Assembly: GCA_964016885.1 (NCBI GenBank)
Contig: OZ024747.1
Coordinates: 32,240,001 to 32,304,000, forward strand
Length of the DNA stretch: 64,000 nucleotides
Direction of reading: 5' to 3'
From: Eledone cirrhosa
Lineage: Eukaryota
The position numbers were made by a program, and so were the translations under genes. Positions 37,781 to 49,553 of this stretch are shown in pieces; positions within the stretch are counted from its first letter, which is position 1, and the number at the start of each line of letters is the position of its first letter. The notes under the pieces are model-generated. The model did not search any database, was not told where the DNA came from, and worked only from the letters and a program-made list of their open reading frames with translations.

Positions 37781-37842
37781 TTTTCTCTGATGAGGACGTA
37801 CTGATGAAATGGCTCAATACCTCTGAAATATGTATAATAAAA
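37781..37842 (+). ncRNA. Type I hammerhead motif
   Basis: TTTTCT-CTGATGA-GGACGTACTGA..TCAATACCTCT-GAA-ATATGTAT-A-ATAAAA. Confidence 0.55.
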
Positions 37843-37886
37843 TATATTTGATCACATGAATGTCTACATTTATTAATATTTTGAAG

Positions 37887-37967
<81 letters not shown>

Positions 37968-38013
37968 TTAAGAATAACATGGTTGACAAAACAAACAAGT
38001 GTATTTAATTATA

Positions 38014-38116
38014 GTCTTACAGTTGTTTCCATGGTAGAATTGTCTATAAATTGCTAAATACTGGAGATGTACAAATCAACTTACAATACATATAATCATA
38101 CCATTTCATCGGAGAT
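38014..38116 (-). ncRNA. Hammerhead motif, CCGATGA core, long stem II
   Basis: ATCT-CCGATGA-A ATGGTA...TACCAT G-GAA-ACAACTGT-A-AGAC. Confidence 0.5.
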
Positions 38117-38582
38117 TCAAAGTAAATATAAAATTCTATGCGTAACGGTAAATTTAAGAATTAAAATTACTACATCAATATTATTGTTAATGATAAATAA
38201 ACAGAGGAAGGGAAACATATAGAAATAAGAGAGAAAGAAAGAAGGGACTAATATATAGTTAAATGTATAATCGGCAACTTTACGAAATCAACCTATCGTA
38301 TTAAAATAGATATGATATTAATAATAATAAAGATATGTGTGGAGAAGGATAGAAGGGGGAAATATATATCGTAGGCAACGAGGAAGGATAGGTAAGGAAG
38401 ATGAAAAAGAAATAGAGGAAAATTAGGAGGGATGAGGGAGTAGAGAGGATAGAAATTAATCATTAATAAATGGATGAGAAGAGAAAAATAATATACGGAT
38501 ATGAATAATAGAGAGATGAGAAAAATTAAGGTACGGATGAATATACATTACTATGTAAAATAGGTAGTTAGATATATAATAT

Positions 38583-38770
38583 AATTGTTTCCACTTTTGG
38601 CACAAGGCCAGCAATTGCCCATTGCATTAATGGTACTTTATTTTATCGACCCCGTAAGGATGAAAGGCAAAGTTAACCTCGGCGGGATTTGAACTCAGAA
38701 TGGCAAGGACCGTAACTCTATGCGTCAAAGCATGGCATTCGACCCTCTACCGATACTGCCAATCCACCGT
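38583..38770 (-). mobile_element. tRNA-derived SINE (same family as 29251)
   Basis: High similarity to 29251-29440; TTAGATATATAATATA duplicated on both flanks. Confidence 0.88.
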
Positions 38771-39454
38771 TTTAGATATATAATATAATATAATATAAGT
38801 TAGATATATAATATAATATAAGATAAAGTGATCTAGATGGGTATGTTTAAGTGGAGAAATATAAAGACACTTGGTGAAATATGTATATATATAAAAAAAT
38901 GATAATAAATGATATGAATGTAAACAATAAAAATAATGGTAATAAAAAAGATAATTATGTTAATACAAATGTTTATAGGTTATTCCCACATAATTGTGAA
39001 GTTTATGGTAATTTGAAATCGTATTAAGTTTAAAGAGGAATAAGGAGAGAAAATGGAGTTAAGATGGTTTAAAGTTCAGGAACTTAGATGCTGATTTATG
39101 CCGGCAAAAAATAGTTCGCTCAATTCTACTGTTAAGAAGGGTTTTACTAAAATTAAGAATTTGGAAGAGCTCCATATTACAAAGCCTACAATGGGTCATA
39201 CCCGTTTTATAGGCCTTGGCAGCAGAAAGAATTTTCCAGCTGATCTCGTATTTAGTGCCTGCATTTTATAATTGCCAAATTTTATTCGCAAGAGTTATTG
39301 TATTTTATTGTTTTTTTTATTAATCATAGAATGTCTGTGCACGTACCACCGTTTTTTTTAAACATCAGTGTGGAACCAATGTAATACCACGAAAGCTACC
39401 TGAGTTGATAGTATTCAAGTATACTACGTTTTTCTCAAGGCATCTGTTTGGTAG

Positions 39455-39518
<64 letters not shown>

Positions 39519-39696
39519 GATATCCACAGTAAGTTGTGGGGTCTATTCTGCATGAAGAACTCGATGTAATCCATATGTTGAAAATGTTGTAGGTTAAGAT
39601 AAATCTCGGAAAACAATAAAACATTAAAAGGAAAACAGAGTCATGATATAAGTTAAAACAATGAACTAAAAAAAATCAAGTCATTAGAGATATACT

Positions 39697-39840
39697 TCAC
39701 TGCTTTACGATCGTTTCTAGATGATGATAATACATTGTAGCTATACTCCGTTATTGATCTATGTAAGGTTAGTTACAAAATATCAGATAAAGAGAATATT
39801 TACTTACATGCATATCACCAGCTGTTTTCAAAAGCAATAA
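39697..39840 (-). ncRNA. Type I hammerhead with U3-A8 core (TTGAAAA) and long stem II
   Basis: TTATTGCTT-TTGAAAA-CAGCTGGTGATA...TATCATCATCTA-GAA-ACGATCGT-A-AAGCAGTGA; same architecture as 21523-21658. Confidence 0.72.
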
Positions 39841-40583
39841 TAATTTTATTCAGAATTAGTAGTATGTTAGTATCATGTCCTTATTTGGAGGTTGTTGAAT
39901 TGTTTTTTTCATATGGTGTTAAGATGAAAATTAATACACTTTAGTTGAGGTCATGACCCTTTGAAAGGAATGGTTGAATGGTGTTAATAGTAGAATTGGC
40001 ATAAAAATCTATTAGGAGAAAAGGGATTGTCAAACTGATACTGGAATGTATCTGGTATAGTGAAGTTAAAAAGAATGTCAAAATAAATGGTGATTAGTGT
40101 TGTATTGAGTTTTTAGGTGAATATAAATTAAGGTTATGGCTTGGAAAGATAGTATATTAAAAGATGAAAATTATAATAAGATAATGAAATACAGTAATTC
40201 GATAATATACAACTTAACCAACACAATATAGTACGGTATGGTAAATTGCACTTAGTTTAATACAGCATATGTTACGCTCTAAAATACTATCAAGTATGTT
40301 TATGCATAAATAATCAAACTCAGATAAATACATGTTGGCATAGTTAAAACACATACATTTCATAGATTATAAAGTGCATAGATCCACACTATATATATAG
40401 AGAGAGGTACAGTTATATTGATATCCAACCAAAAATATACATACGTGCAAATAGATGCAAACCTAAATACACATTTACACATATGCACATAATCATATAC
40501 ACACATATACATACATATCTATATCCACACATAAAACACCTATACTCACATATATATACATATATATATATATATACACACAT

Positions 40584-40668
<85 letters not shown>

Positions 40669-40673
40669 TATAT

Positions 40674-40704
<31 letters not shown>

Positions 40705-40984
40705 GAGAGAGATATGTGTGTATGTACACTCCTCATACATGTACACACACTCATATATAAACACTCATACACCTATACACACACATATATATATATACAC
40801 ACATACACAGACACACATACATATACATATATATATATACATATATATATGTGTACATGTATGTATATATATACATACTACTGTACGTCTGTATACATAT
40901 ATGTATGTACGTGTACATACTTATATATATATATATATAGTAAAATACATACATACCTGTGACTTTGTTTAATTGGTGTATGCG

Positions 40985-41257
<273 letters not shown>

Positions 41258-41431
41258 ATAATAATAATATTTATACTTATATGTGAGTTATATATAATTA
41301 TAAATATGGAGGGTAGTATTAAGTACTAGCCAATTACTAGTAAGAGAAATGGCTCAATGTAAATTATCAAATGTATTACAGAGCCGAGATACAAAATATA
41401 AAAGAAACAAATCTTAGTTAATAAATTTAAT

Positions 41432-41478
41432 TGCTGACAATTGCTTCATCCAGACTAATGTCTGGAATCATCAGAGCA
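41432..41478 (-). ncRNA. Hammerhead motif (A15.1 mutated)
   Basis: TGCT-CTGATGA-TTCCAGAC atta GTCTGGAT-GAA-GCAATTGT-C-AGCA. Confidence 0.55.
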
Positions 41479-42136
41479 TACACAATGTTTAAACAGGTAA
41501 TTACAATCCTAGTCTTCAGAACATTGATAAACATAGATAACCATTGACAGTGTCAGAGAATCATATAGAAAAGCAGGAGTTACAAAAAGATGTTATGTTA
41601 CAGATATCACAGTGTCAGGAGCAATGGTGAAAAGGGAACTATTGAGCATATTATATATAAAGATATCTTTTAAGGTATTACATGTGCAAAAAATACAAAG
41701 CAGAAAAGGTTTTAGAGAAGATAGATAAAATATATCATAGTATTGTAAAGCAGGTAATATTAAGGGTATATAATGCAAAAAATTAATAAAGGCATGCATG
41801 AGGTAAGAGTTATAAAATAAATAAATCAAGGATATTTCATTCAGAATGTTAAAGCTTGTTAAAAGTGTTAAAATTGTTAAAAATGTAAAAATAATGGCAT
41901 GCATTATGGTAAGGAAATATGTAATGATAAAATAAATAAATGTTGTGTAATGTATAATGCAAAACACGTAAGCAAATAAGATAGGTAATTGTCGTTCAAG
42001 AATTTTCATATTTTGTATATATATGCATATACATTTATATGTATATATTTTTATATTTTGTATACCCATGCATTCCTCACTGCTTATTACACCTGTATTA
42101 CACTGCCTATTACACCTGTATTATTTGATAGAATTA

Positions 42137-42296
42137 AGGGCGGTGAATTGGCAGTATCGGTAGAGGGTCGGACGCCATGCTTTTTATGATCTGAGTTCAA
42201 ATCCCGCTGAGGTTAACTTTGCCTTTCCTCCTTACGGGGTCGATAAAATAAAGTACTTGGTAATTTGCTGGCCTTGTGCCAAAAGTAGAAACAATT
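42137..42296 (+). mobile_element. tRNA-derived SINE (same family as 29251), internally deleted
   Basis: GGGCGGTGAATTGGCAGTATCGG...GAGTTCAAATCC...; TTATTTGATAGA duplicated on both flanks. Confidence 0.85.
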
Positions 42297-42627
42297 ATTT
42301 GATAGAGTTACCAATTGCTCTGTTATACATGCTTAATACCATTGCTTGTTCTTTTACTTTATTATTCTGTACATGCCCAATACATCTCCACTCTTTCTAT
42401 ATGTATGCCTTTGTACCACTAATGTCCTCATTTTGCAAGTAACTTTCTTTCATAATTGTTCTATAATTGTTTTATAATTCTTTTATAATCTTTGTCACAC
42501 CCACTGATACTGACCACATCATATTCACACTTTAAATATGACACTACTGATAACAACAATAATATCTACATATCTTTATGATTGTTCTGTGGGATAGGAG
42601 ATTAATTATATGTTTAAACTTTGCCAA

Positions 42628-42674
42628 TGCTCTGATGATTCCAAACGAATGTTTTGAAGAAAAGATTGTCAGCA
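42628..42674 (+). ncRNA. Hammerhead motif (decayed stem III)
   Basis: TGCT-CTGATGA-TTCCAAAC gaat GTTTTGAA-GAA-AAGATTGT-C-AGCA. Confidence 0.55.
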
Positions 42675-42832
42675 ATAAAATGCTTTGAACATAATTTTGA
42701 TTATTCTGTAATTTATATTCCTACTCTGTAAGACATCTGATGTATTTACATTGAGCTACTTTTCATACTGGTATTAAGGTGGTAAAAAATAAAAAAATAC
42801 TGTTTATATATATATATATATATATAAATATA

Positions 42833-43788
42833 AATTATCGAGAATCGTATTTCGGCCTATGAAATAACGAAAAACAACCCCCGAGATGTGCGGCAAGTGC
42901 TCAATGATTCAGATGAACCGGAGCTACAACATACGTTAAAGGCCAAACACACTGAGATGATGGTTAAACAATCATCCGCACAGCCAAAAAAAAACGATCA
43001 AGTAATTCGGGTCAAACAAATAAAAATATATGTGATTGAAAATTTACCCGGACCCCTGGATGGTTGGTAAAATCCAGCATTTGGGTTTCTGCGACTCCTA
43101 AATCAAGTACTGTCCGCTTACATAAATAATGTTAGGCTTCTGGTCAGGTGATTGAACAAGGAAGCCACTTTTTCAACAGGTTTTAGTTCAATGCTAATTT
43201 AAGGAATGAGTATTACTGACCTCAAGTGGGGATCGGCAAGGGAGGCAACCTCTATATTAGGCGAATGAATTCAGTTGTGTATATTATTGCAAGAATGCAA
43301 AAATCACAAATCGAATAGAATTCTCAACAGAAGGGTTAAAGTTAACATAAGTTATTCATCAGTCAATAGAATCAACTAAAAAATCAAGAAAATTAACTGG
43401 TCAATAGCTAGACTCTGGAGATTAATACAAATATGAATTATCGAGAATCGTATTTCAGCCTATGAAATAACGAAAAACAACCCCCGAGATGTGCGGCAAG
43501 TGCTCAATGATTCAGATGAACCAGAGCTACAACATACGTTAAAGGCCAAACACACTGAGATGATGGTTAAACAATCATCCGCACAGCCAAAAAAGAACGA
43601 TCAAGTAATTCGGGTCAAACAAATAAAAATATGTGATTGAAAATTAACCCGGACCCCTGGATGGTTGGTTAAATCCAGCATTTGGGTTTCTGCGACTCCT
43701 AAATCAAGTACTGCCCGCTTACATAAATAATGTTAGGCTTCTGGTAAGATGATTGAACAAGGAAGCCACTTTTTCAACAGGTTTTAGA
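42833..43788. repeat. Partial tandem duplication, period ~603 bp (1.6 units)
   Basis: AATTATCGAGAATCGTATTTC at 42833 and 43436; about 350 bp duplicated with few differences; flanked by (TA)n. Confidence 0.92.
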
Positions 43789-43854
43789 TATATATATATA
43801 TATATTATGAAATAACAGGAGGCTGGACTGGTGTAAATCCTTGAAAGGTTTATT

Positions 43855-43912
43855 ACACTATGATCATTTCAATGACCGGGTTCAGTGTGAATCCGGTGAT
43901 ATCATCAGGTAT
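43855..43912 (-). ncRNA. Type I hammerhead ribozyme
   Basis: ATAC-CTGATGA-TATCACCGGATTCA cac TGAACCCGGTCATT-GAA-ATGATCAT-A-GTGT. Confidence 0.7.
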
Positions 43913-45126
43913 TCAAAATATAACAAATGAATATAACAGATAAAATCCATGGGGCTGAAAATCAGAGACAAGAGGACGACCGACTATTTAGCAGCTTCTT
44001 CCTCAGTCGGCCGCCCTCGAGTGTTGATTATTACGTCTACTTATGACCATCTGGTGAGGGGGCGTAAGCTTATAATGTGCTACTACCTCTCCGTCAAAGA
44101 GAAATGTTAGCGTTGATGCCATGCCACAATCAGGCTGACTATGCGTGCTCGAAATTGCCGCGAAAAATGTTTTTTCCAAAGAACATATATCTTTACCAAA
44201 GGCATATATAGTGGGCGTCTGTATAGTATAATGTGTGGACAGAAACTTCGGTTAGCAATTAGAAACGTTAAACTTATGTTTAGAGTTATAGGATGAAATA
44301 AGGTTTAAGGTTTGGGTTGTGAGATTTAGTTAAAGAATTTACAGAAAGAGTCTTTTATGAAAAAGTTTTAAGTGTATTATAGTTTTCAGGGTAGGATATA
44401 GAGCAAAGATTAAGCCCTTGTTTAGCGGTCAATAACCAGTGACGACTGCAGATCCGGCCTAACCACGTGTCATCCGTTCCGAGTAATATCGTCTAGTGAA
44501 AGAAATGGAATTAATTTTTCAGAGCACTCCAGGAATGTAACTGTCTTAGGCGTCGGGTGTGTTAGCGGGAAATCCGCCATCGCCGTCAGGCCATCGTCTA
44601 TACCGAACGAATACTATTAATTCACACAGGAGGAGGATTTAGTTACGTGCCAGGAGAGGGAGGCATAATACAGCTAATAGTTATGATTAAGCCTAGAATT
44701 TAAAGGTAGTATTTGTTGGTCAAAGCCGGCGGCGCGGCGGGTTCCAAGTCCGACTGGGCCCCGGAGCGAAGCAACCGTTCCGAGTAATTTCGTTTACCGA
44801 AAGAAGGGGAAATTTATTTTTCGATGCACTCAAGGAAGGCTTATCCACCCGAGCGCCTGGCGTGCAGTCGGGAAAGCCGCCCCATCCGTCGGATCATCGC
44901 GTGTTACCAAACGATTATTATATATTCCCACCCGTGATGTGAGGTTGAAAGTGGTAAAACCCGATGAAATGCGCAAATAGACTATAAGTAGACTATAAGT
45001 AGACTTAATAATCAGCACTCGAGGGCGGCCGACTGAGGTAGAAGCTGCTAAATAGTCCTTCGTCCTCTTGTCTCTGATTTTCAGCCCCATGGATTTTATC
45101 TGTTATATTCCTTTGTTATATCTTGA

Positions 45127-45184
45127 ATACCTGATGATATCACCGGATTCATACTGAACCAGGTCTTTGAAATGATCATAGTAT
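45127..45184 (+). ncRNA. Type I hammerhead ribozyme
   Basis: ATAC-CTGATGA-TATCACCGGATTCA tac TGAACCAGGTCTTT-GAA-ATGATCAT-A-GTAT. Confidence 0.65.
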
Positions 45185-45383
45185 AATAAACATTTCAAGG
45201 ATTTACACCAGTCCAGGCTCTTGTTATTTTATAATAATTAACTCCGTACTCGCACCACCAACTACACAAACGAAAACGGGTGAGTTGCATTACGTTGAGT
45301 GCTCTCCACAATATTACATCGAGATTGACCATACGAAATGACCAGTTCTACCCAGTGGTGAACCAACAAACCTAAATAAATAA

Positions 45384-45480
<97 letters not shown>

Positions 45481-45482
<2 letters not shown>

Positions 45483-47215
45483 GTAGGAGGTGAGTTTTAT
45501 TGTAGCACAATAAAGCAATGCAAATATCGGATAAGTATCACTCAACAGTTTATAGGACTGGAGTATAAATAATATAAATTCAAATGTTCATAGTGCCATT
45601 CGAATGTTCATAATACCATTCTAAATCAGGAAACTTTAGCACCTATCGTATGTAACTTCTCCAATCCAATTCCTTCTATAAATAATACTGGGTCACTTGC
45701 TAATAACTCTGCTAATTTCTCTAATCGTAATTGCAATTGCCCTATTAGAACTAAATGTCCTCTTAGTAACCAATGTCTTGATAAAAATTTAGTGTATGAA
45801 TGTAAGGTTGTAACTGGTACTAATTCGTTTACCTATTTTGGTGCCACTTCCACTTCCTTTAAAGCAAGATTTTATAATCACAATTCTTCTTTTAAATACC
45901 AACTTAAACGAACTAACACAGCACTCTCAGAACTCAAATGGTCCTTAAAGGACAAAAATATTAACTACAACATTTCTTGGAGAAAGGTTTGCAACGCCTC
46001 TCCTTACCTTAATTCTTCCCTATCCAGAACATGTAATCTCTGCCTAGCGGAGAAATTTACCATTATCTCTGATTTTAATTCTATAATAAATAGACGTACG
46101 GATTTATTTTCGCTCTGCTTGCATAAATCCCATAGAACTTTCTATGAAGTATACAGCTAATATCTTACTACCTAATTAGTTTAAAATCTTCTTTTCTCAA
46201 ACGCTTTTATATTTTTTACAAATATACCCATCTTTCTACCTTATTTCAGTATATTATACAATATTACTCATACTATGTCGTTAGCGGTCCCCTAATTTTC
46301 TTCTTTTTTAATTTCTAATGTTTAATCTGCAACTTTTACTTCTCAATTACTTCTTAATTCATCTTATAACTCACTATAGTATTTTCCTTATATTCTCGGC
46401 CATACAAATTTTTTTTTTTAAATATATACTAATATTACCATTAGAGAAATTTTGTAAACATATTTTTTTGACGTTATATATTTTTTCTTCCTTGAATTTT
46501 TTCTTTCTTCTCTCCTTCCATGCTCGTATTAAATCTATTATTTACTTTTTCCTATTACAATATATAGAAACAAACTTGGACCCTAATTAATTCCTCTAAG
46601 TTCTTAATTCATTTAACCGTATCTTCATTCGCCTTATCTTCTTAATATATTTTATTTTAATAATGCATTTTAATAAATTCCTTTTCGCACATCCTATTAA
46701 ACCCTTCAATATATAAACCTTAAATAAATAGTATTCTTAATTCCTTTTTCTTTACTCATAAGAATCACCATTCATAAACCTCATTAACTTTTAATTTCTT
46801 AATTTTTTAAATTATGTATTATCTTACAACGGTTTTTTTAAATTTTTCTCTGTGAGACAGTGTTTCTCAGTATTAAAGGTTATCTCTCTCTCTCTCACTC
46901 ATTTTCTCCCCCTCTCTCATCCTTCCTTCTTATACTCCTCCTCCGTCATCCTTTCCTTATTATTATATTTTTTTCTATCTATATTTTTTCTTCCTCTTCC
47001 TTACCTTTTCCTTCCACCCTTCGTTTCCTTTTTTCCAATCTCATATATCCATCTTATTTTATTTTTCATATGTTGATTTAACACTTCACTGCTCGCAAGT
47101 GTTTTTTAAGCTTCATATCATGTTTCCCTATTTTATCTGATGAGAACGCAAATATCATTCCATGATGATATTTGTTTTTGAAATGCGCATAATAAAATAC
47201 TTGGAACTCTTTTGA
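45481..47215 (+). mobile_element. PLE 3' fragment with GIY-YIG (45720-46160) and terminal hammerhead
   Basis: CNCPIRTKCPLSNQC, NLVYECKV, YFGATSTSFKARFYNH, CNLCLAEK, INRRTDLFSLCLH. Confidence 0.88.
47129..47199 (+). ncRNA. Type I hammerhead ribozyme
   Basis: TATTTTAT-CTGATGA-GAACGCAAATATCAT..ATGATATTTGTTTTT-GAA-ATGCGCAT-A-ATAAAATA. Confidence 0.8.
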
Positions 47216-47254
47216 TTATATATATATATATAAATATATATATATAAAATATAA

Positions 47255-48266
47255 GATCAAAAGATGGTTAAAAGAGTTCCAAGTATTTTATTATGCGCAT
47301 TTCAAAAACAAATATCATCATGAGATGATATCTGCTTTTCATCAGATAAAATAGGGATACATGATATGAAGCTTAAAAAACACTTGTGAATAGTGAAGTT
47401 TTAAATCAACATATGAAAAATAATTTAAGATTGATGTATAAGATTGGGAAAAGAGAGGGTTGGTTGGAAAAGGTAAGGAAGAGGAGGAGATGAGAGTAAA
47501 GAATGGTGGGGGAGGAGTATAAGAAGGAAGGATGAGAGAGGAGGAGAGATGGGTGAAAGAGAGAGAGAGAGATAGCCTTTACAACTGAGAGAAGTTAAAA
47601 AGCCATTGGAAGATAATAGATAATTTAAAAGAATTTGAAATTAAAAGTTAATGAGGTTTATGCATGAAGAGAAAAAGGGATTAAGAATAATATTAAATTA
47701 AGGTTTGTATATTGAAGGGTTTAATAATGTGTGCGAGGAAAAGAAATTATTAATATGTATTATTAAAATAAAAATATTAATGTTATTAAGGATATAATGT
47801 GAAAAGAAATAAAAGAATGAATGAGTTATGAATTTAGAGAAATTAGTTAGTGTTTAAGTTTGTTTTTATGTAATGTAATATGTGTGCGTTAATATATGTA
47901 CGTAAATAGTTTGTTTAAAAATAAGCGCAGAAAGCAAAGAAGAAAAGAATGTTTAAGGAAAAAAATATCTAACATAAAAAAATATATATGTTTACGAAAT
48001 ATTTTCTAATGGTAATAATATAATATATTAAAATAAATTAGTTAGGGGTTAAGTTTGTTTTTATGTATTGTAATATGTAAAAGTCAAACGAGCATGAAAG
48101 GAAGAAATAAGGAATTTAAGGAAGAAAAATCTAAGGTAAAATAAAATGTTTATGTTTACGGACTATTAAAGGTATTAAAAGGTATTACGGACTATAATGT
48201 ATTAAAAAAATATTAATTTTTATGGCCAATGATATGAAGAAAGTGCTACAATAAAACTTACCTCCT

Positions 48267-48268
<2 letters not shown>
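47255..48268 (-). mobile_element. Second copy of the same PLE 3' region, tail-to-tail with 45481-47215
   Basis: Diverged reverse complement of ~46380-47212. Confidence 0.8.
47284..47353 (-). ncRNA. Type I hammerhead ribozyme
   Basis: TATTTTAT-CTGATGA-AAAGCAGATATCAT..ATGATATTTGTTTTT-GAA-ATGCGCAT-A-ATAAAATA. Confidence 0.78.
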
Positions 48269-48334
<66 letters not shown>

Positions 48335-48338
<4 letters not shown>

Positions 48339-49030
48339 GGAAAAGCCTTTTGCAGCTAGCAGTGGCAGTAGCTCCCTGAACTTCTCCCATCCCGTTCTTA
48401 CCCTAGTTATTGTACTTTCCGAACATCCACATCCGCTGCTAATTTGGTCACCTAGGTAGCAGAGTTTGTCTACTGTTTCTACAGAGCTGTACGCTAAATT
48501 CCTCGCTATACTCATTGCTAATCCTAACTTTGCTGACTGCTCCCCTATACATGGCTTGTACAGCTTTCACAAGTCATTCATCTACTCCTAGTTTTCTAAG
48601 AGCCCACGAGATTATAGCACGGGGAACTCTGTCAAAGGCTTTCTCCAGATCGACGAATGCCAGGTAGAGTGGTTACATTTAGCTAGGTACTTTTCCTGTA
48701 ACTGCCTCACAAAAGAAGAGGGCATCAATGGTGCCTCTTCCTGGCACAAACCCAAATTGCATCGCATCTAGTTTTAGCCGGTCCCTAATCAACTATGCTA
48801 TAACGCTTTCTCTTACTTTCATGACCTGGTCCATCAGCTTTATACCTCTATAGTTTTCTCTATCTAGCGCATCACCTTTAACTTTGTAGCAGTTGACAAT
48901 GATTCTACTGCACCAATCCTTTGATATGACACCTTCTAGTATTACCTGGTTAACAGTACGTGTGGTTATGGTGTGACCTACCGACCCAGCTATACCCGAT
49001 GGAACGGTTGCCTTCCCCGTCTTCATATCT
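48335..49030 (-). pseudogene. RTE reverse transcriptase fragment (internally deleted)
   Basis: KDMKTGKA, DWCSRIIVNCYKVKGDALDRENYRGIKL, EKAFDRVP, CYLGDQISSG..RVRTGWEKFRELLPLL. Confidence 0.88.
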
Positions 49031-49039
49031 TTATATATA

Positions 49040-49516
49040 TGTACAGCCACCGGAAATTATATCTGTGAAATAAACAGCTCCATCTATCTGATTAGCTAGC
49101 TACCTCACCGTGAAACAAACAATCCTTAAAGCCACCAAAATAAAACGCCTACGCAGCGGCTAAACATCAAACGATTATTTTTGTATAAATAGAGTGATTC
49201 CAAACACTTTCGCCAGTCGAACTTTGACAGAGTCAGCAAGCGTATCGCTGTTCCTCTCCTCTGCCACGCTTGTCACTCACACACGCCTTGTACCTCTGTA
49301 TCGTCGCTTCATGTATAAAAATAAATAGCTGAACAAAGCTACATCTCTCGCCTTGATCGTCCTTTCAACTTGTGCTTTCGTCTGTTCATCCTTATCGTAT
49401 GAGACAACAGTCCTTTTAAAGGCTACCCTCAGACCGTATGCGATAACAGTCCTTTTAAGGGCTATTCTCGGATCTGATCAGAAGTATTGACCAGAATGAC
49501 TAACCCCGTCGCTACA
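49040..49516 (+). repeat. 5' LTR of the CsRn1-like element
   Basis: TG...CA termini, immediately followed by the PBS; no partner LTR in the window, so the 5' boundary is inferred. Confidence 0.7.
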
Positions 49517-49518
49517 AT

Positions 49519-49537
49519 TGGCGACCCCGACGTGATT
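49519..49537 (+). promoter_or_regulatory. Primer-binding site, tRNA-Trp
   Basis: TGGCGACCCCGACGTGATT, one mismatch from the complement of the metazoan tRNA-Trp 3' end (TGGTGACCCCGACGTGATT). Confidence 0.85.
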
Positions 49538-49553
49538 CGAACTCGCATCAGAC

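Larger units (their letters stand above)
36541..37892. mobile_element. Non-coding PLE derivative with ~205-bp inverted HHR-containing ends
   Basis: 36633-36837 versus 37689-37892 (reverse complement); AT-rich interior; flanked by (TA)n. Confidence 0.8.
37962..39457 (-). mobile_element. Decayed PLE 3' fragment (GIY-YIG remnant ~39085-39455)
   Basis: Minus-strand remnants FKKRWYVHRHS, LANKIWQL, ISWKILSAAKAY..HCRLCNME; hammerhead near the 3' end. Confidence 0.75.
41300..42800. mobile_element. Non-coding PLE derivative with diverged inverted HHR-containing ends
   Basis: 41330-41500 versus 42610-42780 are inverted and homologous; also homologous to 25975-26260. Confidence 0.65.
43805..45385. mobile_element. 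Non-coding PLE derivative with ~240-bp inverted HHR-containing ends
   Basis: 43805-44045 versus 44998-45235; the right end continues through GAGTGCTC (45297) into a microsatellite. Confidence 0.82.

Noticed and set aside
43205-43275. Possible HDV-like ribozyme (ACCTCAAGTGG...GGCGAATGAATTC)
   Set aside because: Could not build consistent P1 and P3 helices by eye.
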